A DNA stretch of 64,000 nt from a virus (IMGVR_UViG_3300047476_002078:42802-106801); one strand, 5' to 3'; positions 38,958-48,610 are shown, numbered from the stretch's first letter. Made by a program: numbers and translations. Notes: generated from the letters alone by a model not told the origin.

Positions 38958-40033
38958 ACATTCTTTCTTTATTTGATGGAATGTCTTGTGGGCAGATCGC
39001 TCTTAATAGATTGGGAATCAAATACGAAAACTATTTTGCTTCTGAAATTGATATTTACGCAATTAAAGTCACTCAACATAATTATCCAAAAACAATTCAG
39101 CTTGGCGACATCAATAATTGGAGAAATTGGAACATAGATTTTTCAACTATCGGATTAGTTACAGGTGGATTCCCCTGTCAAGCATGGTCTACGGCAGGAA
39201 AGCAATTAGGTGATAAAGACGAGAGAGGAAAACTATTTTGGGTGATGCTAGAAATTATCAAGCATATAAAAAGTTTGAATCCAAATGTCATTTTTCTACT
39301 TGAAAATGTAAAGATGAAAAAAGACTTTGAAGAATACATAACATTTCATACAGAGCAAGCTCTCGGTAAAGTTGAAAAATATCTCATAAATTCTGCTCTG
39401 GTTTCAGCACAGACTCGTTGGAGATATTATTGGACAAACATTCCAAACGTGACTCAGCCGAAAGACAAGGGAATTACTTGGGGAGATGTTCGAGAACATA
39501 ATGTGGAAGCTGACAAATATTACTACACGGAAAAAGCATTACAGTGGTTAGCGAAAGAGTCACGCAAAAAAAATAAAACTCTCAAAGTTCACACAGATGA
39601 CGAAAAAATGCAAATGCTTGAGGCAAGCCATCACAAGAAATACTCAGCACAGCGTTTCTTTGGCATTGTAGAATCAGCGGAACAGGCTGTAGGAGCGATT
39701 CGTGGGCGTTACCTAGTCAATGGTAAGAGACAAGATGGAGAACAGCTTACGGCAGGTTTAACGACGCAGTATATTGAGTTTCGATATGATGGTAAAACTA
39801 ATACTCTATTTACGGTATCGAAAGACAATGTGGTAGTGCCGTTTACTTTGCCAGACCGAGTGCCTGCTTCGGAATTTTTGTTTCGCTACATTACTCCGGT
39901 TGAATGTGAAAGATTACAGACTGTGCCAGATCAATACTCTAGCGTTGTTAGTGATTCTCAGCGTTATAAGATGTTGGGTAATGGTTGGACTGTCGATGTG
40001 ATATGCCATATTCTTAGTCATGCCAATTTCTAA
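38954..40033 (+). CDS. DNA (cytosine-5)-methyltransferase (paralog 3)
   Basis: LSLFDGMSCGQ, GGFPCQAWS, FLLENV, GNGWTVDV; different variable region. Confidence 0.7.
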   Translation: MNILSLFDGMSCGQIALNRLGIKYENYFASEIDIYAIKVTQHNYPKTIQLGDINNWRNWNIDFSTIGLVTGGFPCQAWSTAGKQLGDKDERGKLFWVMLEIIKHIKSLNPNVIFLLENVKMKKDFEEYITFHTEQALGKVEKYLINSALVSAQTRWRYYWTNIPNVTQPKDKGITWGDVREHNVEADKYYYTEKALQWLAKESRKKNKTLKVHTDDEKMQMLEASHHKKYSAQRFFGIVESAEQAVGAIRGRYLVNGKRQDGEQLTAGLTTQYIEFRYDGKTNTLFTVSKDNVVVPFTLPDRVPASEFLFRYITPVECERLQTVPDQYSSVVSDSQRYKMLGNGWTVDVICHILSHANF

Positions 40034-40095
40034 TTTCCTTGTGGCTCATTGTCATGGTTTTTCATTGCCTTATTCTATTGCCAATACATCCGTAT

Positions 40096-40245
40096 GTTTT
40101 AGGGTATCTTGCGTTTTTTGATAATGCTATGTATTAATTCCTAGCGATAGCGTTTAGGGCATTTCACGATTTTTGATAACACGGTGCTTTATTTCGAGCG
40201 GTAGCGTTTAGGGTATTTAGCGATTTTTGATAATGCTATGCTTCA
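40096..40245. repeat. three imperfect ~54-bp direct repeats (iteron-like)
   Basis: GCGTTTAGGGTATTTAGCGATTTTTGATAATGCTATG unit x3 in 250-bp intergenic gap. Confidence 0.6.
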
Positions 40246-40285
40246 TATAAATATTACAAACCTGATTGAAATTTACACATAATCC

Positions 40286-40741
40286 TTGATAATTAATGGC
40301 ATGGAAACAAACAATATCGACCCCTATAAAGTTGACCCTTATTCTTTTAAGTGGGAGCTAACAAAACCTTGCTCAGATTGCCCTTTTGTGAAGTCTTCTC
40401 CTTTGCATGATGGGATAGCCTCGGATTTGCCAAAACTCGCAGAACATATTGAAAGTGGAAACTTTGTACATAGTTGTCATAAAACACACCCCGGAGCCGA
40501 TGGGTGGAATCCTGATTACAAGGGAGCTATTCAAAACTGTGCAGGACTAACTATCATGCAGATAAAAAATGAGGAACTAACGATTCCCATAGTTCGAGCG
40601 AAACTTTCGGGAGAACTCGACGAGTCAAAATTAGATAAGACTGTAGAAACTTTTAAAGACATTAAAGACATGGCTGATTACTATGTGAAGAATCATGTAA
40701 AAATACGCTTTCTTCTTAGGAATAGACATGAACGCAATTAA
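40286..40741 (+). CDS. hypothetical protein
   Basis: 151 aa, Cys/His-containing. Confidence 0.4.
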   Translation: MIINGMETNNIDPYKVDPYSFKWELTKPCSDCPFVKSSPLHDGIASDLPKLAEHIESGNFVHSCHKTHPGADGWNPDYKGAIQNCAGLTIMQIKNEELTIPIVRAKLSGELDESKLDKTVETFKDIKDMADYYVKNHVKIRFLLRNRHERN

Positions 40742-41000
40742 CAAACAAGATTTCATTGAAGCTCGATATGTGAACTTTAAAAGGAAACAAGAGTTCCTTG
40801 ATAAATTTCTCGGAAGAGGTAACTACATTCTTACTGATCTCGATGCTTACAGCGAAGATTTCGAGTGCCTCATGTCTCATGTGGTGATCTGCGATAAGTG
40901 CAACGAAAACATCTCAGAAAATATCATCATCAAAGATTCTGATTTTATCTTTCATTCAAAATGCACGACAAATTTCAGTAATGTTGTTTCACTCAATTAA
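40728..41000 (+). CDS. hypothetical Cys-containing protein
   Basis: 90 aa. Confidence 0.35.
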   Translation: MNAINKQDFIEARYVNFKRKQEFLDKFLGRGNYILTDLDAYSEDFECLMSHVVICDKCNENISENIIIKDSDFIFHSKCTTNFSNVVSLN

Positions 41001-41050
41001 TAAGTGAAAATTCCCAGATGTTAGTATCGGGAACATAAGAAGGAGATTCT

Positions 41051-41440
41051 ATGGAAACAAGACTTATTCGTAAGGGTTCGCTAGGCATCGCAGGAACTTT
41101 AAAAAATGCCGAACATCATGCTCAACCTGCTATTCCTCTAGTTAAGGCTATGATTGATGAGATTCATGATCTCACAGATTTAATTAAAGTCTGGCATCAA
41201 GGTCACAACATTCATGTGATCGAATCTCATGATGGAAGAAAAATAGCTTTCAGACCATATCGAGATGTAGAAGGAGAATGGGGAATAGAAATTTTAATTA
41301 AGATGTCTCGGCAACTTGAATACCCTCTGTTTCAAATCAAATGCCTTCGAGATGTTTTCACGGCTTCAAGTATGATTCAAAATATTTTTAGCGTGAAACA
41401 AAACAAATATCTCAGAATGGGTAACTCAGTAGAAGAATAA
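41051..41440 (+). CDS. hypothetical protein
   Basis: 129 aa with RBS AGGAGA. Confidence 0.4.
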   Translation: METRLIRKGSLGIAGTLKNAEHHAQPAIPLVKAMIDEIHDLTDLIKVWHQGHNIHVIESHDGRKIAFRPYRDVEGEWGIEILIKMSRQLEYPLFQIKCLRDVFTASSMIQNIFSVKQNKYLRMGNSVEE

Positions 41441-41446
41441 TTTTTA

Positions 41447-41469
41447 AGGCAGTAGGTGAGCCTACTGCC
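41447..41469. other. GC-rich stem-loop
   Basis: GGCAGTAGG-tgagc-CCTACTGCC, 9-bp stem, right after stop codon. Confidence 0.5.
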
Positions 41470-41490
41470 AATAATTTAAAGTCTTCTCAA

Positions 41491-41566
41491 CTACCACACA
41501 GATTCACACCTACCGCACAGATTCACACCTACCACACAGATTCACTTCTACCACACGGATTCACAT
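41491..41566. repeat. 4 x 19-bp tandem repeat CTACCACACAGATTCACAC
   Basis: Four head-to-tail copies with 1-2 substitutions, followed by ATGCCACTTGCC x2. Confidence 0.7.
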
Positions 41567-41993
41567 GCCACTTGCCACACGCCCCATGCCACTTGCCCCC
41601 ATTACCATCCCATACCCATGAAGATGCCCTTGCCAAGTGCAACGGAAGCCAAACGTACAGGTAAGCGTACAGGTCAAAATCAAGGGCAGGGAAACGGTTC
41701 AACTGGAAACTGTGAACCGTGCGGAAGTCCAAAAAGTCGGTTTTACCCTAAAGCCCTTAAACACGGTTAAACAGGCTTTACTCATCTTAAACAGATCATG
41801 GCAAACATAAGCACCGAACACCGCACGAGATAACGTGGCACGACAACCGAAAAACGGCTTTTACCCTAAAAGCAACAGGAGGTAAGTGCGGTTTTACGGT
41901 GAAATGCCAAAGATATAATGACAAAGGCTTTACGGTTAAAAATTGCCGTGATAGCGTTTTCGATGAGTGTTAAACCTATGGAGGGGATGAAGA

Positions 41994-42191
41994 GTGTACG
42001 AACTACAAAAATATAAGTGGTGGGAACTTTGGTTCTATAAATATAAGTTTGTCCGGAAATTGAGCGGTGCATTTTGGGTGCGACTTTTGGAAGATGGTTA
42101 TGATTGGGTGAAATTTGATAAAGAAAAATTTTATTCAATGAGTTTTAAGCCGACGACGAAGTTTGAGGTTGAGGACTGGACGGCGAAATGA
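41994..42191 (+). CDS. hypothetical protein (GC-richer island)
   Basis: 65 aa, W-rich. Confidence 0.35.
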   Translation: MYELQKYKWWELWFYKYKFVRKLSGAFWVRLLEDGYDWVKFDKEKFYSMSFKPTTKFEVEDWTAK

Positions 42192-42436
42192 ATTGTGCTT
42201 CGTTTTACATTTGGAAAAGTAAAAGTGGGTACGCTCTGCAAACTTCGGGCGTGGTTGGGAGCGGAGTGTGGGAAAATTTTGCGATTTTGTTACGTACTGA
42301 AGATGGTGAGTACGAGCGAATTGAAGTGAGTGAGGCGGAAGATTTAGAAAGCGTTTGCAAAAAATGGAAGCGAGTGAGTGAGATAAAAATTCCGAAAAGG
42401 AAAGAAACTTTTGAGCGTGAGGTATTAGAGATATGA
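42188..42436 (+). CDS. hypothetical protein (GC-richer island)
   Basis: 82 aa, ATGA overlap. Confidence 0.4.
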   Translation: MNCASFYIWKSKSGYALQTSGVVGSGVWENFAILLRTEDGEYERIEVSEAEDLESVCKKWKRVSEIKIPKRKETFEREVLEI

Positions 42437-42744
42437 GCTATGAATTTGGAAATTATGTAGGCGGTTATTTTCATAACAAAATTTATTCAGCGAAAGAAGA
42501 TTTAGAGCAAGAGGCAAAGTTTGAGTTACACAAAAAGCTCATTCCTTTTTTTAATATGCTCTATGAGGTAAGTTTTGCGATCTCTGCGGTGGAGGCAGGG
42601 GATTCTGGAGAAGACAGGGCGGTTTTTGCCATGTTGGATAATGTTCCACTTATGATTCAAGAGCTAGAAAATTTAGATCAAGAGCTTCAAGTTTTTCGTG
42701 AGGTAGCTAAAGAAGCTGTGAGAAGACAGTTAGAGGTTTTTTAA
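42433..42744 (+). CDS. hypothetical protein (GC-richer island)
   Basis: 103 aa. Confidence 0.4.
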   Translation: MSYEFGNYVGGYFHNKIYSAKEDLEQEAKFELHKKLIPFFNMLYEVSFAISAVEAGDSGEDRAVFAMLDNVPLMIQELENLDQELQVFREVAKEAVRRQLEVF

Positions 42745-42745
42745 T

Positions 42746-43000
42746 ATGGGAGAATTCGATAGCCTTGGTCCTACAGGTACGAGAGGTCCCGATGACAGTG
42801 GGTTAAGGGATACCTCTTCTTGTGAATCGAAAACCGAAATTTTATATTGCCCTATTAGTAATGAACTCTTTTTATTTTCTGGAGTGTATAAGCTCGACAC
42901 GAAAAAAATGGAGATGACTTTATATCTTTACTGTAGTCGTAATAAGGTAAAAAAGCGGAAGCAAAAAGTTATATCCTTAAAACATATAGGATGGCTATAA
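42746..43000 (+). CDS. hypothetical protein
   Basis: 84 aa. Confidence 0.3.
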   Translation: MGEFDSLGPTGTRGPDDSGLRDTSSCESKTEILYCPISNELFLFSGVYKLDTKKMEMTLYLYCSRNKVKKRKQKVISLKHIGWL

Positions 43001-43252
43001 AATATTGATTTTATTGAATATATGTAGCTTACTGGTAAAATAGCATATACCCTTCCTGAATTTATTTGACATTCCATATCATTTTGGTGCATACTTCGGC
43101 TCATAGGTTTGAGAACCTGCGAGTCGCACCCTTTTTTGGGTATCGTAAACTCTCCTCATCAAAAAAATAAAACCAAAACATTTTATTTTTTGAGAGCCTT
43201 GAAGCAAAGCGACTACTTCACCGAATGGGACAACTCTCAAGAAGGAAATGTT

Positions 43253-43819
43253 ATGGATTCTAAAGTTCTTGCTACAACCGCACACAAACTATTAAAGGAA
43301 ATGGGTCACGAGCTACCGCTTGGTCATGTCTATGAACTCTTTTCTAAACTCTCAGGGCACAAGTCTTGGAATGTGGCAAAGACCAAAGACGGGTTTGAGC
43401 CAGTTCTTCGTCTGATTTCCCCTAAGTCTGTTGGTGAAGGTAACTATGAAGTTAAAGTTACTCTTGAAGAAGGTTCAATCGAGTTAAAAAAGTATTACAA
43501 GGTGCAGGCTCAGTCTGAAAAAGAAGCTGAAAGTATTGTTTCTAATTACATTAAGTACCGCATTTGTGACTTTAATAGTGAAGTTGAGATTGAGCAGTTC
43601 TTGTTTGAGAATGAAGGTGTGAGAATTCTTTCCGAATTAGAGAGTGAAGATGATTACCTTTATGAAAATTGGGAAGTCATTTGGAATGATTGTGTTCCTC
43701 AAGTTCAGGCAGGCTCAACTCTTTTTTTATTTTCAGAACATGATTTAGTCAAAAATCATCTCTTGGGAAAAATGTCGAAAGATGATTTTAAGAAGCAGTT
43801 GAAAGCAAAAATGCGTTAA
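43253..43819 (+). CDS. hypothetical protein
   Basis: Start trimmed to MDSKVLATT after RBS AAGGAAA; long 5' leader upstream. Confidence 0.45.
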   Translation: MDSKVLATTAHKLLKEMGHELPLGHVYELFSKLSGHKSWNVAKTKDGFEPVLRLISPKSVGEGNYEVKVTLEEGSIELKKYYKVQAQSEKEAESIVSNYIKYRICDFNSEVEIEQFLFENEGVRILSELESEDDYLYENWEVIWNDCVPQVQAGSTLFLFSEHDLVKNHLLGKMSKDDFKKQLKAKMR

Positions 43820-43827
43820 GATTTTAA

Positions 43828-44040
43828 ATGGAGGGGGATTTATTCTCCCTCCTCATTTTGTGGGTTTTTATGCAATTACAAGCTACGGGTGCAATTTTAA
43901 GTTATTCCATTGGATTTGTTCTTATGTACACTTCTTATTTTGGAGAAATTAAAAAACTCTCCGTTAATGAAGGTTTTATCGCTTCTGGATTTTTTATTTA
44001 TCTTGGATGCTATTTATTTTTTTCTTTGAAAAAATCTTAA
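43828..44040 (+). CDS. small membrane protein
   Basis: 70 aa, two TM helices. Confidence 0.4.
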   Translation: MEGDLFSLLILWVFMQLQATGAILSYSIGFVLMYTSYFGEIKKLSVNEGFIASGFFIYLGCYLFFSLKKS

Positions 44041-44101
44041 AGTCTCTCCTTTTCTTCATAACCTTGCTAATTTGCTTATAATAAGCAGAGTTGGGGTTAT
44101 A

Positions 44102-46249
44102 ATGAAAATCGACAAGAAAACACTCTCTGTTTTACAGAAACTAGCAATTACTTATCAAGAGTATAAGAAATTGCATCCTCGTACTAAGAAGACACCCGAT
44201 GACCCTCTTTTTACTTTGGCACAAGACCCAAACAAAAAAGAGTTCAAGGTTAAGCCTAAAGATATTAAAACAGTCATGCCTTCCAAGACACCTACCAAGA
44301 GTGTTCCGCAAAAGACAGACGACCCTGTTGAAAAGTTTCGCCCAAAGCTGGCTCCAAGTGCTTATCAAAAGCAGATGGATTCAAAAGAGCTTTTGAAAAA
44401 CGCTAAGAAAATGTCTTCTGACGATATGGCATGGCATCTTCTTAATTCTAAGATTGGTATGGGTTTTGAGAGTGGGGAACTTCGAGATCAAATGAAGAGT
44501 CATTTTGGTATTGCCAATATGTATGCCATGATGATTTTAAATCCAAATATATCAAAAGAAAGCCGAGACAATATTGCTTCATGGTTGCTCGATAAAGCCG
44601 GAGTATATTTTGTTTCCAGTAAATCTCTTAAAAGATTTCTCGAAGGTTGTGCGAATAAAGGCATTATCTCAAAAGAGATTTGGGAAGAAGAAGCCAATGG
44701 GGATAGTCAGCGTAAGGAAGAGGATGAGATTGCTCAAAATTACACCGCTGACCAACTTAAAAAACTTCCTGCTAAAAAGATTCAAGAGAATTGGAATGAG
44801 ATTTGTCAAAACGAAAATCTTCCGACTTCCATGATTCAAAAGATGTTGGGTGATAAGGATGTGAAGAAAGCCCTTGAGTTCATGAAAAAGGGCTACATAG
44901 AAGATACAGGAGCCATGTCTGGTAAGATTGGTGAGCGTAAAAATAAAATTGGTAAAGCGTTAAAAATTCTTTCTCATAAAAATGTTCCTTTTGAAGCGTT
45001 ACAAGAAGTGTTTGTACCTTCTCTTAAAAAACATCTTTCAACAAATAACTACAAGGCTTACGAAGTCGCTGAATACCTTGCGAGTCATCCTGACATAAAC
45101 AAGCCAGAGAACAGTGAGCTAAAAAAGTTAGTGCTTCAGGCTTATAAGACTCAGCTTAAATACTACAAAGACGACCCAGAATATGTGGAAGACCCTTACA
45201 AGTCTCAACGTAACTTTGATGAGCTAAAGCACCCTTCCGCTCCCCCTGCTAACTTAAAGCTGTCGAAGGAAGAGTTCTTAGCAATTTGGAAGATTAGAGA
45301 TGAAGGTCCATATAAGTCTCAAAATGAAAGATGGTTTGAGCATCCTGATATGCCAGATGAGATTATCAAAGAGAGTTTGACTAAAAAAGATAATAAAGTA
45401 AAAGACCCTCTTGATAAATATCTTAGTGACTATTCGGAAGTTCGGAAACTCGCTTTTCATCAAGCTCGAAAAAGAAATCTCTTATCAGATGACGACTTAA
45501 TCAAAACTGTAAAAGCTAATTTGAATCTGCATGGCAATGACAATGAACTTATGAAAAAGTTCGCTGAACAAGCTTACACTTATGGAAAAAGCACTAATGA
45601 TATACCTCGTTATATTTCTAAGGGAAGTGATGAGGAACGCAAAGCTGTAGAAGAACAGATGAAAAAGTCAGCTTTCCATGAAGAGTTTGATTTTGAAGTC
45701 TCCGCAGTTTACAACATTGATAAAGAGCCACACAAAGATTTCGCAAAAACTTCTAAGAAACTTGGAAATGTAATGGAAGGTGTTTACCATGGTACAAGCT
45801 ATGCAAACGCCGCTGGGATTCTTTCAGATGGGGTTAGAGTTGATACCGAAGAAAGAACAGGTTCTATGTTCGGTAGGGGTTTTTATCTAGCTTCTGCTTC
45901 TTCTAAAGCTGCCCAATATGCTGGAGAAAAATTTAGTCAGCATGATGGAGATGGGGTAGTCTTTATGCTGAATGTCGCTCTTGGTAAATCCAAAGAAATG
46001 AAATATGGCAGACCCGAAGGAGATAATCTAAAATATCGTATGTTGAGTCCGGAAGAAAAACAAATGATTGAGGATTACAAAAAGAAAACAGGCAAAGACC
46101 TTGATGATAAGTGGCACTACGACCATGACTCTGTAACTGCTAAGGCAGGGCAGGCTTTAGATTATGATGAGTTTGTGGTGAAAGACCCTTCTCAGCTTCA
46201 GATTAAAAAGATTGTTATTGTGAAGAAGACACCAAAGGCAAAAGTATGA
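44102..46249 (+). CDS. PARP-like ADP-ribosyltransferase (H-Y-E class) with shared N-terminal leader module
   Basis: C-terminal VYHGTS ... GRGFYLASASS ... YDEFVVKDP (His-Tyr-Glu triad); N-terminal YQEYKKLHPRTKKTPDDPLF. Confidence 0.65.
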   Translation: MKIDKKTLSVLQKLAITYQEYKKLHPRTKKTPDDPLFTLAQDPNKKEFKVKPKDIKTVMPSKTPTKSVPQKTDDPVEKFRPKLAPSAYQKQMDSKELLKNAKKMSSDDMAWHLLNSKIGMGFESGELRDQMKSHFGIANMYAMMILNPNISKESRDNIASWLLDKAGVYFVSSKSLKRFLEGCANKGIISKEIWEEEANGDSQRKEEDEIAQNYTADQLKKLPAKKIQENWNEICQNENLPTSMIQKMLGDKDVKKALEFMKKGYIEDTGAMSGKIGERKNKIGKALKILSHKNVPFEALQEVFVPSLKKHLSTNNYKAYEVAEYLASHPDINKPENSELKKLVLQAYKTQLKYYKDDPEYVEDPYKSQRNFDELKHPSAPPANLKLSKEEFLAIWKIRDEGPYKSQNERWFEHPDMPDEIIKESLTKKDNKVKDPLDKYLSDYSEVRKLAFHQARKRNLLSDDDLIKTVKANLNLHGNDNELMKKFAEQAYTYGKSTNDIPRYISKGSDEERKAVEEQMKKSAFHEEFDFEVSAVYNIDKEPHKDFAKTSKKLGNVMEGVYHGTSYANAAGILSDGVRVDTEERTGSMFGRGFYLASASSKAAQYAGEKFSQHDGDGVVFMLNVALGKSKEMKYGRPEGDNLKYRMLSPEEKQMIEDYKKKTGKDLDDKWHYDHDSVTAKAGQALDYDEFVVKDPSQLQIKKIVIVKKTPKAKV

Positions 46250-46467
46250 ACCAAGCCGAAATAGATCGCCAAACTATTGAATTTATTGTCAATCAGACAC
46301 CCTCTGAAGAAGAGGCGAGGCAACGTCTGGATAAGTTACAAGTTTCTTTGAAAAAAGATTATTACGAATTCTTAGTGGAAGAAGCGATTAAGAATAAATT
46401 CCTTATAATTAATAAAACTAAGGAAATTCAAGCGAAGATATTAAATTTAGAATCAAAGTTAAAATAG
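46246..46467 (+). CDS. hypothetical protein
   Basis: 73 aa. Confidence 0.35.
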   Translation: MNQAEIDRQTIEFIVNQTPSEEEARQRLDKLQVSLKKDYYEFLVEEAIKNKFLIINKTKEIQAKILNLESKLK

Positions 46468-46474
46468 GGATTGT

Positions 46475-47104
46475 ATGAAAAAAATAGTTTCAAGCCTTCA
46501 TAAAATTGCGTCAGATTTAGAAAAAACTGCTTTAGATTACAATGAGTATAAAAAGCTACACCCGAACACAAAAAAGACACCTTCTGACCCGATGTTTAAA
46601 GAAAATAAACCTCAACAGGAGAGTCAGGCTCCCAAACAACAAGCTCCAAATCAACAACCAAAATCTGAGCCTAAACAAGAATCTGCTCCTAAAGTAAAGA
46701 AAACTGTTAGTGATTTTACGGATGCTGAATTAGATGAAATTGGTTTCATGCCGTCTTATAGAAAAAGTTTAAGTGATAAAGAAGTTTTGGAAGAATATAA
46801 CGCTAAAAATAAAGTTGATGAGCTTGTAAAATCTAAAAAATTGAACCTTTCTGATTATCCTGATACTGCCTTTACCTCTATTCTGCAAGATTACAAAGAA
46901 AAACAAAATAAAGGAAAATTAAGTGATGATGATTTTGAACCAGAAAACTTTTATACCGCAGTTAGAAAACATTTAAGCGATAAAGAAGTTACTCCTAAAA
47001 CTGTGAGGGAAGCGATTCGTGTTTATCACCCAGATGCAAAACTCACAAATGACCAAATAAGTTCTGTAATGAATATGTATGAAAAAAAACAAGGTTGGGG
47101 CTAA
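46475..47104 (+). CDS. hypothetical protein with shared N-terminal leader module
   Basis: N-terminal LDYNEYKKLHPNTKKTPSDPMF then Q/P/K low-complexity linker. Confidence 0.5.
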   Translation: MKKIVSSLHKIASDLEKTALDYNEYKKLHPNTKKTPSDPMFKENKPQQESQAPKQQAPNQQPKSEPKQESAPKVKKTVSDFTDAELDEIGFMPSYRKSLSDKEVLEEYNAKNKVDELVKSKKLNLSDYPDTAFTSILQDYKEKQNKGKLSDDDFEPENFYTAVRKHLSDKEVTPKTVREAIRVYHPDAKLTNDQISSVMNMYEKKQGWG

Positions 47105-47498
47105 TATGAAATTAAAAGAACAGATACAAAATTTAGAGAAAAAAATCGCTTCTAAAGCGGATGCTGCTGATATTTTTGATGAGTTTGTTAAAAACATCAT
47201 GGAGCCTCATAGAAAGAAATTTATCGAAGATCAAAACTCACCTTGGAACAAAAGCAGAGAAACTGAAGCTTCTTTAAAAGAAAAAGCAAAGTTGATTGAA
47301 GAAAGAATGAAAGAAGGTAGAGGTTTCCGTGAGGTTTGTGATGATAAAGATATTTATTTAGGAAGCGTTGATTCTAACTTCATTTATGATAAATATGTTC
47401 TAAAATCTTGGAAAGGCTCTTTTGAAGATTGGAAAGATAAAGAGATGCGTTTAGACGCTAGAAGATTTTTTGTAGATTTAAAATTAATTAAGTGGTGA
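47079..47498 (+). CDS. hypothetical protein
   Basis: 139 aa. Confidence 0.4.
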   Translation: MKKNKVGANMKLKEQIQNLEKKIASKADAADIFDEFVKNIMEPHRKKFIEDQNSPWNKSRETEASLKEKAKLIEERMKEGRGFREVCDDKDIYLGSVDSNFIYDKYVLKSWKGSFEDWKDKEMRLDARRFFVDLKLIKW

Positions 47499-48610
47499 TA
47501 GATATGAAAGATTTAATTCCGGGCGGAAAGTCAGATAAAAAACCAGACTCAGCTTTTGATTCCAAGCAACTTCAAAAAGGTATCAAGGTTGAGCGAGAGC
47601 ACACAAAAAACAAACAGCTTGCTAAAGAGATTGCAAAAGATCATTTATCTGAATTTTCTGATTACTATGATAGATTAGAAAAGATGGAAAAGTCAGCACA
47701 TTCAAAAGTTCTCTTAAAAAAAATAAAAGAGCTTGCACACAAAATTTCTGCTTCTAACGAGCATCCTATAACTAAAGGCTTAGTGCTGTCCTTTTTTGCT
47801 ACTAACATCGAGATTGGTGTTATTGACGAAGCTACGAAAAAACCTATCACTATTGCGAAAATTAATAAATCGTTTAAGAAAGATAGTCAAAGTGAAGTTA
47901 TCGAACTAGCTAAAGAGATATTTAATAATCTCGATGCTTCTGGTTACACTAAAGGCATGGACTTCAAGGCTCAACCTTACTACCGAGAATTAAATCAGGC
48001 TTATCTTAATTTCAAGAAAAGATTGTCGGAACTTTCAGAGAACCAATTAGAAAAGATGGGACTCGGTAAGCATCCATATAAATATTTGGGAGCTATGGAG
48101 TCACCTTCAAAAGAACTTCAAGAGCAAAATCCAGAAGCCTATAACAACGCACTAAGAAATTTCCCAAGATTTGATGCAGGTGGAATTGGAAGCTGTGCTA
48201 GATGTTACAACGCAATTACTATTCACCATATTATTAAATCTAGTGATGGAAAGGTATTTCCTTTAGGTAGTGAGTGCGTTTGGACATTGAATGATAATAA
48301 AATCGAGTCTGAAGTTAAAAAAGAAAAGACAAAGATTGAGAAAAGTAAAAGAGACGTAAGAAATAAGGCAAAATTATCTGATCTGGAAGACATTATAAAC
48401 AATCCTGAGTTAATCAAGAAAATGAAAAGTATGTCATACAAAATGCCAGCCGCTTTCAGTAAATGGGATGAGGGCAAAAGGCAATGGTACTTAAATACAA
48501 TTGTTGGAGATGGGACTTACTACGATTATGTTTTACACATGATTAAAATTTCTGGCACTTCAGGAAAACAAAGAATACTAAAAGAAGTTAAAAAAGATTT
48601 GGGGTTATAA
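47492..48610 (+). CDS. hypothetical protein
   Basis: 372 aa; N-terminal GGKSDKKPDSAFDSKQLQKGIKVEREHT motif. Confidence 0.45.
   Translation: MVIDMKDLIPGGKSDKKPDSAFDSKQLQKGIKVEREHTKNKQLAKEIAKDHLSEFSDYYDRLEKMEKSAHSKVLLKKIKELAHKISASNEHPITKGLVLSFFATNIEIGVIDEATKKPITIAKINKSFKKDSQSEVIELAKEIFNNLDASGYTKGMDFKAQPYYRELNQAYLNFKKRLSELSENQLEKMGLGKHPYKYLGAMESPSKELQEQNPEAYNNALRNFPRFDAGGIGSCARCYNAITIHHIIKSSDGKVFPLGSECVWTLNDNKIESEVKKEKTKIEKSKRDVRNKAKLSDLEDIINNPELIKKMKSMSYKMPAAFSKWDEGKRQWYLNTIVGDGTYYDYVLHMIKISGTSGKQRILKEVKKDLGL

Noticed and set aside
41491-41566. Possible CRISPR array
   Set aside because: The repeats are directly tandem with no spacers and there are no cas genes.
41529-41732. 67-aa minus-strand ORF over tandem repeats
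   Set aside because: Translation is a reading of the 19-bp repeats (W/H/C-rich). The region is better explained as non-coding.
41866-42474. Minus-strand ORFs 41866..42138 and 42205..42474
   Set aside because: Antisense to the co-directional plus-strand gene series with ATGA overlaps.
44141-45463. Five short ORFs nested in PARP-like gene (both strands)
   Set aside because: All lie within the 725-aa ORF, which has coherent codon usage.
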